A program made the position numbers and the translations under genes. Below are positions 39,561-48,340 of a DNA stretch of 64,000 nucleotides, piece after piece. Numbering within the stretch: position 1 is the first letter of the stretch; each line of letters begins with the position of its first letter. The stretch lies in the NCBI GenBank assembly GCA_965214935.1, contig CBDCCS010000019.1, positions 1 through 64,000 on the forward strand, written 5' to 3'. The stretch is from Candidatus Velthaea sp. GTDB taxonomy: Bacteria > Vulcanimicrobiota > Vulcanimicrobiia > Vulcanimicrobiales > Vulcanimicrobiaceae. The notes below the pieces were generated by a model. The model saw nothing but the letters and a program-made list of their open reading frames with translations. It did not search any database and had not been told where the DNA came from.

Positions 39561-40261
39561 ACGGTTCGTCTTGGCTCGACGCGCTGCCGCGCGACCGCCT
39601 CTTGGCCGAGGTGTCGCTCTGGTCGGCGGATCTCGGCCGGCTGGCGGACGACGTGGCGCGCGTCGACCCATTCACCGATATCTATCATCTTGATGTCGCC
39701 GACGGGCATTTTGCGCCGGCGATGCTCTTTTTTCCGGACCTTGTAGCCGCCGTCCGTAAGCTGACCGCCAAGCCGTTGCACATGCATCTGATGGTGCAAG
39801 ATGCGATTCTGCTCGAACAGATCGATCAGTTTGCCGCCGCCGGAGGGGACCTGATGAGCGTGCACCTCGAGAACGGCCGGATCGGCGAAGCGTTGGAGTC
39901 GATTGCCCAGCGCGGCCTGCTGGCCGGGCTCGTCGCTCAGCTCGATACGCCGGTCGACGCGGTTCGGCCGTACATCGATCGCATCAGCAGCTTCACGCTG
40001 CTCGGAACGAAAATCGGCGTTAAAGGCAAAGGCCTCGACCCGTCCGCCGAGCCGCGCATGCGCGAGGCCCGGGCGCTCCTTGCAACGCGGCGCACCGGAC
40101 GGCGTATGTTACTCGCTGCCGACGGCGGCATTCGCGCTACGACCGTCCCCGGCTTGCGCCGCGCCGGGGCCGAGACGATCGTAATGGGTTCGCTTGCCTT
40201 CGGCGATCCGGACTTACCCGGCCGGATCGGCTGGGTGCACGCGCAAGTGATGGAAGCCTGA
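39557..40261 (+). CDS. Ribulose-phosphate 3-epimerase family (AlsE-like)
   Basis: HLDVADGHF, HMHLM, ADGGI. Confidence 0.88.
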   Translation: MNGSSWLDALPRDRLLAEVSLWSADLGRLADDVARVDPFTDIYHLDVADGHFAPAMLFFPDLVAAVRKLTAKPLHMHLMVQDAILLEQIDQFAAAGGDLMSVHLENGRIGEALESIAQRGLLAGLVAQLDTPVDAVRPYIDRISSFTLLGTKIGVKGKGLDPSAEPRMREARALLATRRTGRRMLLAADGGIRATTVPGLRRAGAETIVMGSLAFGDPDLPGRIGWVHAQVMEA

Positions 40262-41265
40262 AGACGATCGCGCCGCTGTCGGCGATCGGCATCGACCTCG
40301 GCGGCACGCACGTGCGCGCGGCGCTCGTCGGCGCGGACGGGACCGTACGGACACGCGCCGGCGAGCGGACCGATGTCGGCGGTGGTCCGCCGGGCGTGCT
40401 GCGGCAGATGCAGCGGCTCGTCGGCGCGGTAACCGCCGGGCAATCAGCGCAAACGATCGCCGGCATCGGCATCAGCGCGCCGGGGCCGCTCGATACGAAC
40501 ACCGGCACCATTTTCACCATCCCGACACTGCCGGGCTGGGACGGCTATCCGTTACGCGATGCGGCGCAAACGGCGCTCGGCTATCCCGTCGTCGTTGAAA
40601 ACGATGGGATCGCGGCTGCCTATGGCGAGTGGCGGCACGGCGCCGGGCAAGGTTTGCGCCACCTCGTGTACGTGACGGTGAGTACGGGAATCGGCGGTGG
40701 AGTCGTCGTGGACGGCCGGCTCATGCATGGGCGGCTCGGCATGGGCGGCCATGTCGGTCATTTCCCGATGATGCTCGACGGGCCGCCGTGTTCGTGCGGA
40801 GCAACCGGGTGCTTCGAGGTCCTCGCTGCCGGTACCGCACTAGGCAAAGCGGGACGCGCGGCGGCTCGGACCGAGCCGGAAAGCCTCATGGCGAGGCTTG
40901 CAGCGCCGGACGCCATTGAAGCACCGCATGTTGTCGAAGCTGCGCGGCGGGGCGATGCGGCGGCACGTGCGATCATCGAACGGGAAGCCGTGTATCTGGG
41001 ACTCGGTTTCACGGGCCTGATCCAGTTGTATAGTCCCGAGCGCGTCATCATGGGCGGCGGAGTCGCAGCGGCCTTCGATCTCTTCGCTGCGACGATACAT
41101 GCCGTCATCCGCAGTCGCGCGATGCCGCCGTTTCGCTCGGTGACCGTCGTGCCGGCCGGCCTCGGCCCGAACTCGGGTCTGGTCGGAGCTGCGATGCTTT
41201 CGGCCGAGCGACGCGAAGGCGAATTCGTTGCTGCCGGGCTGTACGCTGGGGGAACTCGCGCGTGA
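40258..41265 (+). CDS. ROK family sugar kinase
   Basis: IGIDLGGT lies upstream of the first GTG (40312), implying a CTG start; TVSTGIGGG, CSCGATGCFE. Confidence 0.88.
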   Translation: MKTIAPLSAIGIDLGGTHVRAALVGADGTVRTRAGERTDVGGGPPGVLRQMQRLVGAVTAGQSAQTIAGIGISAPGPLDTNTGTIFTIPTLPGWDGYPLRDAAQTALGYPVVVENDGIAAAYGEWRHGAGQGLRHLVYVTVSTGIGGGVVVDGRLMHGRLGMGGHVGHFPMMLDGPPCSCGATGCFEVLAAGTALGKAGRAAARTEPESLMARLAAPDAIEAPHVVEAARRGDAAARAIIEREAVYLGLGFTGLIQLYSPERVIMGGGVAAAFDLFAATIHAVIRSRAMPPFRSVTVVPAGLGPNSGLVGAAMLSAERREGEFVAAGLYAGGTRA

Positions 41266-42758
41266 TACCGCTTTCAAACGCAACACTCGCACTGTGCGGC
41301 CCGGCAATCGCCGTCCCGTCCTACGATCGCGCAGCGTTGCGCGGCGGAATCGTGCATTTTGGTGTCGGTAATTTTCACCGGACGCACCAAGCCGTGTATA
41401 TCGACGCGTGTCTCGCACGCAAAAACCAGACGGCCTGGGGCATCGTCGGCGTCGGGTTGACCGACGGTCCGCAAGCGCGGTTGAAAGCCGACACCTACCG
41501 CGCTCAAGACGGACTTTATACCGTGACGGAGTTTGCGCCGGATGGAACTGCGCGCACGCGCGTCATCGGCGCGATGGTCGATTACCTCCACGCGCCCGCC
41601 GATCCGCAAGCCGTGCTCGCGCGCCTCGTGCATTCCGATACGCGTATCATCACGCTAACGATCACCGAAGGCGGCTATAACATCCGCGAAGCCGATGGAG
41701 TCTTCGCGCTCGATGCGCCGGACGTGGTCCACGATCTTGCGACCCCGGCAGCGCCGCGCTCGGTCTTTGGATTCGTTGTCGAAGCGCTCGCGCGACGTCG
41801 CGCGGCGGGTTTGCCCGCGTTCTGCATCGCGTCGTGCGACAATCTTCGCGGTAACGGCGATACGGCGCGCAAAGCGTTTGTCGCATTTGCACGGGCGCGA
41901 GATCCCGAACTTGCCGACTGGATCGACGATAAGGCGGATTTTCCCAACGCGATGGTCGATCGCATCGCGCCGCAAGTAACGGCGGCCGATCGCGCTGCAC
42001 TCAATGCCCGTAGCGGCATCGACGACCGTTTACCGGCGCTGGCCGAAAATTACAATCAGTGGGTCGTCGAGGATCGATTTCGGCAGGGGCGCCCGGACCT
42101 CGCGGACGCCGGCGTCGAACTGCGCGACGATGTTGCCGCCTTCGTTGCCGTAAAAGGCCGCATGCTCAACGCTTGCCACATGCTCCTGTCGTATCCGGCG
42201 TTGCTATGCGGCTATCGCATCGTTCACGATGCAATGCGCGATCCGCGGCTCGTGCAGCTGCTTACGACGTTTCTCGATCGCGACATCATTCCGTATGTCG
42301 ACCCTCCGCCGGGCCTGTCGCTCGAACGCTATCGTGCGATGATTCTCGACCGCTTCTCGAATCCGGCGATCGGCGATCAACTCGCACGCATTGCTTCGGA
42401 CGGCGCAGCGAAACTTCCGATCTTTCATGCAAAGACGCTCGCCACATTGCTCGCCGCCGGCGCCGATATGCGCCGCGAAGCTTTTCTGCTCGCGTGTTTC
42501 GGGCGCTACCTAAAAGCGGCGCGTGACGGAACGGTGCGCGACGATCGGGGTGGCGAATTGCCGGTTCACGAACCGGTCCTGACGGCGGACGACTGGGAAA
42601 AAATACAGTCAGCCGATCCCGATGCCGTCTTGTGGACGAGTCCGTTTGCCGTGCTCGGCTTAGCCGAAGACGCTGCTTTTAATTACGCGTTCCGTCAGTA
42701 TCGTTCAGCGCTCGAAAACCAGGGCGCATCGGCCGCACTCGAGATGGTGCTTGCCTAA
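41262..42758 (+). CDS. Mannitol dehydrogenase family polyol dehydrogenase
   Basis: HFGVGNFHRTHQA, TITEGGY, SCDN, MVDRI, KGRMLN. Confidence 0.93.
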   Translation: MIPLSNATLALCGPAIAVPSYDRAALRGGIVHFGVGNFHRTHQAVYIDACLARKNQTAWGIVGVGLTDGPQARLKADTYRAQDGLYTVTEFAPDGTARTRVIGAMVDYLHAPADPQAVLARLVHSDTRIITLTITEGGYNIREADGVFALDAPDVVHDLATPAAPRSVFGFVVEALARRRAAGLPAFCIASCDNLRGNGDTARKAFVAFARARDPELADWIDDKADFPNAMVDRIAPQVTAADRAALNARSGIDDRLPALAENYNQWVVEDRFRQGRPDLADAGVELRDDVAAFVAVKGRMLNACHMLLSYPALLCGYRIVHDAMRDPRLVQLLTTFLDRDIIPYVDPPPGLSLERYRAMILDRFSNPAIGDQLARIASDGAAKLPIFHAKTLATLLAAGADMRREAFLLACFGRYLKAARDGTVRDDRGGELPVHEPVLTADDWEKIQSADPDAVLWTSPFAVLGLAEDAAFNYAFRQYRSALENQGASAALEMVLA

Positions 42759-42841
42759 GTGCAAGCCGGCGTGCGACTCGCGGACGCTCGATTGCAGTAA
42801 CGGTTTCGTAACACACCGGTCGTTCGAAAGGCTCGGCTCCA

Positions 42842-43612
42842 ATGACGCTTGAGGGAAAAGTCGCGGTCGTTACCGGCGGCGCACGAGGCATCGGGCGCGC
42901 GATCGCCGAGCGCCTAGCACACGCGCAGGCACGCGTCGTTATTGCCGATCGCGCAGTAGAGGCGGCAGCCGATGTCGCCGTAGCGCTGCCAAACGATGCA
43001 TTTGCCGTCGGCGTCGACGTCGGCGCGAATGTGTCGATCGTGTCGATGGTCGAAGAGGTTACGCGCCGCGCCGGCGGCATTGACATTCTGATCAATAACG
43101 CCGGGGTGTTTGACATGCAACCGCTACTCGACGTAACCGAAGACAGCTTCGACCGGCTGTTTGCAGTGAACGTGCGCGGTCTTTTCTTCACCTTACAAGC
43201 CGTTGCCCGGCAGATGGTTGCGACCGGCCGGCGCGGAACGATCGTCAACCTCGCTTCGCAAGCGGGACGGCGCGGTGAAGCGCCGTCGGCAATCTACGCA
43301 GCGACCAAAGCCACCGTGATCAGCCTTACGCAATCAGCCGCGTTGGCGCTCATCAAGCAAGGCATCCGGGTCAACGCGGTGGCGCCCGGGGTGATCGATA
43401 CGCCCATGTTCGATCACGTCGATTCGCTTTTCGCTAGCCTCGAAAACATTCCGATCGGTGCGATGAAGCAGCGCACCGCGCGGGCGATTCCATATGGCCG
43501 GCTCGGGACGCCGGCCGAAGTAGCGGACGCGATCGTCTTTCTCGCCGGCGAAGAATCCGGTTATATCGTCGGGCAAACGCTCAACGTCGATGGCGGAAAT
43601 GTTTTAAGTTAA
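42842..43612 (+). CDS. SDR, sorbitol/L-iditol 2-dehydrogenase-like
   Basis: ASQAGRRGEA, YAATK, SLTQSA, VDGGN. Confidence 0.85.
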   Translation: MTLEGKVAVVTGGARGIGRAIAERLAHAQARVVIADRAVEAAADVAVALPNDAFAVGVDVGANVSIVSMVEEVTRRAGGIDILINNAGVFDMQPLLDVTEDSFDRLFAVNVRGLFFTLQAVARQMVATGRRGTIVNLASQAGRRGEAPSAIYAATKATVISLTQSAALALIKQGIRVNAVAPGVIDTPMFDHVDSLFASLENIPIGAMKQRTARAIPYGRLGTPAEVADAIVFLAGEESGYIVGQTLNVDGGNVLS

Positions 43613-43670
43613 CGGCCGGCGCACAGATGCGAACGTTCAGTCGCCAGGCCCGCATTGCTTTCGCCGAAAT

Positions 43671-44132
43671 TTATTCAGACTTTGAGTGCAGCTCATCGAT
43701 CCATTCCACAGCCGGCGCCGCATCGCCGGTCGCAATATCGAGATTTACCACGATCGGCGTCTGTCCGCTGCGCACCAGCACGCACACGAGCGGCTCTTGC
43801 GCTGAGGCATTGATCTCTTGATGCGGAACGAACGGCGGAACGAAGATAAAATCGCCCGGACCGGCGTCGGCGCTACATTCGAGCCGGTCGCCCCAGCGCA
43901 TGCGTGCTCGGCCGGTGACGACGTAGATCACGCTTTCAAGTTCGCCGTGATGGTGCGCACCCGTCCGCGCTTGCGGCTCGATCCTTACCGTGCCGGCCCA
44001 CAATTTCTGCGCTCCGGCGCTGGCGGTAGTGATCGCTGCGGCTCGCTGCATGCCCGGCGTCTGCGCGGTATTCGTGTCGAGCTGCGTGCCGGCAACGATG
44101 CGCACTCCGGCGTTACGCCAATCTTGCATCAT
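43671..44132 (-). CDS. Cupin domain protein
   Basis: GAHHHGELE and PGDFIFVPPFVPHQE. Confidence 0.9.
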   Translation of the reverse strand: MMQDWRNAGVRIVAGTQLDTNTAQTPGMQRAAAITTASAGAQKLWAGTVRIEPQARTGAHHHGELESVIYVVTGRARMRWGDRLECSADAGPGDFIFVPPFVPHQEINASAQEPLVCVLVRSGQTPIVVNLDIATGDAAPAVEWIDELHSKSE

Positions 44133-44209
44133 GCCGCCGAGGGAACGGGCGGTGGCATACCGCACAAAGACTTCTCAGGTACGCGAGTTCTCGCGAAAAG
44201 GGAGACAAT

Positions 44210-44614
44210 TTGTTTGCAGGGTTCGGCCGCTTCCTCATGCGTGGAAACGTCGTCGATCTGGCGGTCGCGGTCGTCATCGGCGCGGCGTTCGGCGCAATCG
44301 TAACGTCGCTCGTGAAGGATCTCATTACGCCGTTGATAGCGGCCATTATCGGCAAACCGGATTTCTCGGCCCTGGCTTTCACGATCAATAATAGCCGCTT
44401 TGCTATCGGTGACTTCATTAACGCAGTTGTCGCCTTCATGCTCGTTGCCGCGGCAATTTACTTTTTTGTCGTCGTGCCGATGAATGCGCTGACTGCCCGC
44501 TTCACGAAGCCCGAAGCAACGCCGTCGCTGCGCGAATGCCCCGAGTGTTTGAGCGATATTCCCGCAGCGGCGCGGCGGTGCAAATATTGCACGGCTATCA
44601 CCGCTTTCAATTAG
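44210..44614 (+). CDS. mscL: Large-conductance mechanosensitive channel with C-terminal zinc-ribbon-like tail
   Basis: RGNVVDLAVAVVIGAAFG; CPEC...CKYC. Confidence 0.96.
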   Translation: MFAGFGRFLMRGNVVDLAVAVVIGAAFGAIVTSLVKDLITPLIAAIIGKPDFSALAFTINNSRFAIGDFINAVVAFMLVAAAIYFFVVVPMNALTARFTKPEATPSLRECPECLSDIPAAARRCKYCTAITAFN

Positions 44615-45451
44615 CTATTTTTCTTGTAGCACGTTGCGCAGCTTTTCGAGCGCTTTTTGTTGCAGCCGCGAAACGTGCATCTGTGAAACATTCAGACGCT
44701 TGGCAATCTCGGTCTGCGAGACGCTTTCATAAAAACGCAGATACAGGATCACGCGTTCGCGACCGGTCAACACTTGAAACGCACGCTCGAGATTTGCGCG
44801 ATCTTCGAGCAGATCGAGTGCAGAATCGTTCTGCCCGACATAATCTGCTAAGGTCTGCGACTTCTTGTCGCCTTCCCCATTAAGTTCGGTGTCGAGCGAC
44901 AGAAGGTTATACGCCTGGCCGAGTTCTTGCGCTTCGAGGATATCTTCTTCGGAAGCACCGAGATGCGATGCGAGTTCGGCGACGGTCGGCGAATGCCCGA
45001 GCTTCACCGTAAGCTTTTCAATCGCGCGATTGACGGCGAGATTCAATTCCTGTAAGCGCCGCGGAACTTTAACGGCCCAACCCTTATCACGAAAGTAACG
45101 TTTGATTTCGCCGACGATAGTCGGCGTTGCATAGGTCGTAAACTCTACGCCGCGTTCGAGATCGAACCGGTCAATCGCTTTGAGCAGGCCGACGGTTCCG
45201 ACTTGAATGAGATCGTCGAGCGCTTCACCGCGGTTGGCGAACTTGACCGCCAGATACCGAACGAGATTAAGATGCGCGACGACTAAGTCGTTACGCAGCC
45301 GCTCGTATTCCGATTCGCCGACATTGTTGGGTCCGGAGTCGCGCGAACGATCGTCGCGGACAACGGCAAAGCGAGCGAAAATCTGTCGCGCGCGGTTCCG
45401 ATCCCACCGTTCTTCTTCGATCGGTGGACCGCCAGACGGGGTTGAACTCAT
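44615..45451 (-). CDS. sigB: RNA polymerase sigma factor, SigB/SigF family
   Basis: DLIQVGTVGLLKAIDRFD, TIVGEIKRYFRDKGW, SQMHVSRL. Confidence 0.9.
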   Translation of the reverse strand: MSSTPSGGPPIEEERWDRNRARQIFARFAVVRDDRSRDSGPNNVGESEYERLRNDLVVAHLNLVRYLAVKFANRGEALDDLIQVGTVGLLKAIDRFDLERGVEFTTYATPTIVGEIKRYFRDKGWAVKVPRRLQELNLAVNRAIEKLTVKLGHSPTVAELASHLGASEEDILEAQELGQAYNLLSLDTELNGEGDKKSQTLADYVGQNDSALDLLEDRANLERAFQVLTGRERVILYLRFYESVSQTEIAKRLNVSQMHVSRLQQKALEKLRNVLQEK

Positions 45452-45464
45452 ACGACGCTGATGC

Positions 45465-45902
45465 TTAGCCCGCCACGCGTTTAGTCATGACCAATTCGGT
45501 GCCTTCACGCGGATCGACGCGGTACGACACGTCGTCCATCAACGCGCGAATCAAGAACACGCCGAGTTCTTCGGTGCGCCGGCCTTCCGCAAAGCCGCCG
45601 TCTCTGTCGAGAGCTTCAAGCCGCTGCGAAACTCCGCGATCCCGCACCCGCACCCGCACTTCGTCGCTCATTACCTCGGAGGTGATTTCGATCTGATCCG
45701 CCGCCGTGCCATGCTGAATGCAATTCGTGCATGCCTCGGCGATCGCGAGCTTGATGTCTTCGAGTTCATCGACCGAAAACCGTAATCGACTTGCTACCGC
45801 GGCGACGGCTAACCGCGCAACCGCGACCCACTCGGCTTTTGCCGGTATCTTCAGTTCGACGATCCCACCGTACGTCGAATCGACAACGACGGCCTGGTTC
45901 AC
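45465..45902 (-). CDS. rsbW: Anti-sigma factor RsbW-like
   Basis: DIKLAIAEACTN, LIRALMDDV. Confidence 0.88.
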   Translation of the reverse strand: MNQAVVVDSTYGGIVELKIPAKAEWVAVARLAVAAVASRLRFSVDELEDIKLAIAEACTNCIQHGTAADQIEITSEVMSDEVRVRVRDRGVSQRLEALDRDGGFAEGRRTEELGVFLIRALMDDVSYRVDPREGTELVMTKRVAG

Positions 45903-46243
45903 ACCAGCGCCTTCATTGCGCCTTGTTCGTCGTCAAAGATGCCAAATATCTTTACCAGCCCGGTAATGTCGAAGATCTTCTTGATTTGCGGATTCGTGCA
46001 CACCAGATTGACCGAGCCGCCGTGTTCGCGCACGCGCTTGAGCCCGCCGATGAGAACGCCGAGCCCGGTTGAATCGATGTAGCGCACTTTTTCGAGATTA
46101 ATGACGAGATGGTAATGTTCTTGATCGATCAACTCGGTAATCGCGTCTTTTACCTTGGGTGACGTGTAGACGTCGATCTCGCCGGTCAGGTCAACAACAT
46201 ATGCGTCGCCTTCGGATTCGCGAACGTTGACTTTAATATCCAC
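45899..46243 (-). CDS. rsbV: Anti-sigma factor antagonist (STAS)
   Basis: GEIDVYT, YIDSTGLGVL. Confidence 0.92.
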   Translation of the reverse strand: MDIKVNVRESEGDAYVVDLTGEIDVYTSPKVKDAITELIDQEHYHLVINLEKVRYIDSTGLGVLIGGLKRVREHGGSVNLVCTNPQIKKIFDITGLVKIFGIFDDEQGAMKALV

Positions 46244-46251
46244 AAAATCTC

Positions 46252-46662
46252 CTACGTCTCTTTTTCCAGCGTGCTGCGTTGCTGCGCTGCTGCATCTTTG
46301 CCCTCAGCGACCGAGGCGTCAAACCGAGCTCGCGCTTCCTCGACGATCTGCTTCCCGCGAACGAGCAATTCGTTTGCCGATGCCGCAACGTCATCAGCCG
46401 TTGCTTGAGCGGTCTTGCTTAAGTCATCGGCGGCCGTGCGGACATTGTCGGATGCCTCTCTCGCTCGTGCCCGGACGACCTCCCGCGTGTCGTCCCCGGC
46501 TTGCGGTGCAACGATCATGGCGACCGTCACGCCGATTAAACCACCTAACAGCAGCCCGGTGAGAAAGCCGGCTGAGCGTTCGCCGGATGTGTCTTCCACG
46601 ATATCCGAGCCACCGACGACGACCACGGTCTCCGGTTCCACGAACGAAAACGACTCACTCAT
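46252..46662 (-). CDS. YtxH-like protein
   Basis: FLTGLLLGGLIG...APQAGDDTR followed by coiled coil. Confidence 0.85.
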   Translation of the reverse strand: MSESFSFVEPETVVVVGGSDIVEDTSGERSAGFLTGLLLGGLIGVTVAMIVAPQAGDDTREVVRARAREASDNVRTAADDLSKTAQATADDVAASANELLVRGKQIVEEARARFDASVAEGKDAAAQQRSTLEKET

Positions 46663-47131
46663 GCATAACCCGATCGTGAACGAGGCGATCGGTCATGACG
46701 ATTCGCGACTCGGCGTCGGGACGACTCGGGGACGTGGATTTGCCGTTGACGAAACGTCGAATACCCGCCGTTAAACCGGTCAGCGTTGCTCCAATATTAA
46801 CAATCGCCGGATTCACGGCATCACCGGCGAGCCCGGACGTCTTGACGACGCCGCCGGCGACGCCTTCAAGCGTACCTACTACATTACCGAGCCGAGCGAT
46901 CGTGCGGTCCGCCGTGTCGGCGATACCGCCGACATGGCCGAGTGCCTCCGCGACAGGGGCCGAAAGCGCATCGACTTGACGGTCGATCACGTCGAGCGTG
47001 GTGTTGACGCGCTTGAGCGTTCCTGCAATCGCGCTGCACACAACGAGAATCGCAATGCCGATCAAGAGCACGCCGATTCCCGCAGCAACGGAGAAGAACG
47101 CGTGATATACATCCGTTGGGGCCGTCAACAC
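46655..47131 (-). CDS. DUF948/YtxG-like protein
   Basis: TM helix then LKRVNTTLD amphipathic helices; precedes the ytxH-like gene. Confidence 0.7.
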   Translation of the reverse strand: MLTAPTDVYHAFFSVAAGIGVLLIGIAILVVCSAIAGTLKRVNTTLDVIDRQVDALSAPVAEALGHVGGIADTADRTIARLGNVVGTLEGVAGGVVKTSGLAGDAVNPAIVNIGATLTGLTAGIRRFVNGKSTSPSRPDAESRIVMTDRLVHDRVMHE

Positions 47132-47188
47132 CGAACCTCCGACTGCTCCTTAGAGCCACTGACGCGAAGTACCCACTTAATGGGTCGA

Positions 47189-48340
47189 CTACACGATTGC
47201 AGGATCGCGCGCATCGTGAACGATTTGCGCAACGAGCGCCGTCACCGTATCGATTTGTCCCGCCGTCGTCGCGCGGCCGAGCGAGAAACGAATGACACCG
47301 CGTGCATAGCGCTCGGGTAACGCAAGCGCGGCCATGACATGACTGCTCTCGAGCGAACCCGCTGCACATGCGCTTCCCGCCGATGCCGCCACGCCCGCGA
47401 GATCGAGTGCGATCAGCAACGCGTCGGCCGGCACACCGGCAAATCCGACGCTGCTGATCCCGGCCAGCCGCTCGATGCTGCCGGCATTGATGCGGAGGTC
47501 GGTAACGCTTGCCCGCAGACCCGCTTCGAGGCGCTCCCGCAACGCACCGATCCGGGCGGCCTCGACGGCACATTGCGCCTGTGCGATCTCGAACGCGACC
47601 GCAAGGCCCGCGACGCCGGCGACGTTCTCGGTACCGGCGCGCAAACCGTGCTCTTGCCCGCCGCCGACGATTTGCGCGGCGATCGGTGTCCCCGACCGGA
47701 CGTACAGAACGCCGACGCCCTTCGGTCCGTAAAATTTGTGTCCGGACAGCGACAACGCATCGACGCCCAGAGCGTCGACGTCGAGCGGCAGCGCGAACGG
47801 AGTTTGAACGGCATCCGTGTGGAACGGCACGCGCGCTCGGCGGGCGATTTGCGCCAGCTCTGCGATGGGGGCGATCGTTCCGATCTCGTTGTTTGCCAAC
47901 ATGATCGTTGCAAGCGCGGTGTCCGGGCGCAGCGCGCGTGCAAAGTCGCCCGGATCGATGCAACCGTCGCCGTCGACGCCCAGCCGGGTGACCGACCAGC
48001 CTTCGGCTTCAAGCACGTCGACGGCGTGCAGCACGGCATGATGTTCGGTCACACACGTGACGACATGCCGCCCGGCTGCGGCGCGCGCCCGGGCAATGCC
48101 GTAGATCGCTAAGTTGATCGACTCCGAGCCGCCGCCGGTAAAGATAATCTCGCGCGGTTTTGCGCCGAGCACTCGCGCAACGCTGATGCGCGCCGTATCG
48201 AGCGCATTGCGCGCCGCGCGGCCTTCGGCATGCAACGAAGACGGATTGTAACCGCCGTCGGTCAGCAGCGGCAACATCGCCGCCACGGCTTCAGGGCGGG
48301 CCGGCGTCGTCGCTGCGTTGTCCAAATAGATACGCTTCAT
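47189..48340 (-). CDS. iscS: Cysteine desulfurase (group I, IscS/NifS)
   Basis: YLDNAATT, HTDAVQ, SGHKFYGPKG, SAGSAC. Confidence 0.93.
   Translation of the reverse strand: MKRIYLDNAATTPARPEAVAAMLPLLTDGGYNPSSLHAEGRAARNALDTARISVARVLGAKPREIIFTGGGSESINLAIYGIARARAAAGRHVVTCVTEHHAVLHAVDVLEAEGWSVTRLGVDGDGCIDPGDFARALRPDTALATIMLANNEIGTIAPIAELAQIARRARVPFHTDAVQTPFALPLDVDALGVDALSLSGHKFYGPKGVGVLYVRSGTPIAAQIVGGGQEHGLRAGTENVAGVAGLAVAFEIAQAQCAVEAARIGALRERLEAGLRASVTDLRINAGSIERLAGISSVGFAGVPADALLIALDLAGVAASAGSACAAGSLESSHVMAALALPERYARGVIRFSLGRATTAGQIDTVTALVAQIVHDARDPAIV

Noticed and set aside
36803..39671. Long minus-strand ORFs (472, 338 and 347 aa)
   Set aside because: Antisense to well-supported genes; Arg/Pro/Ser-rich with no motifs
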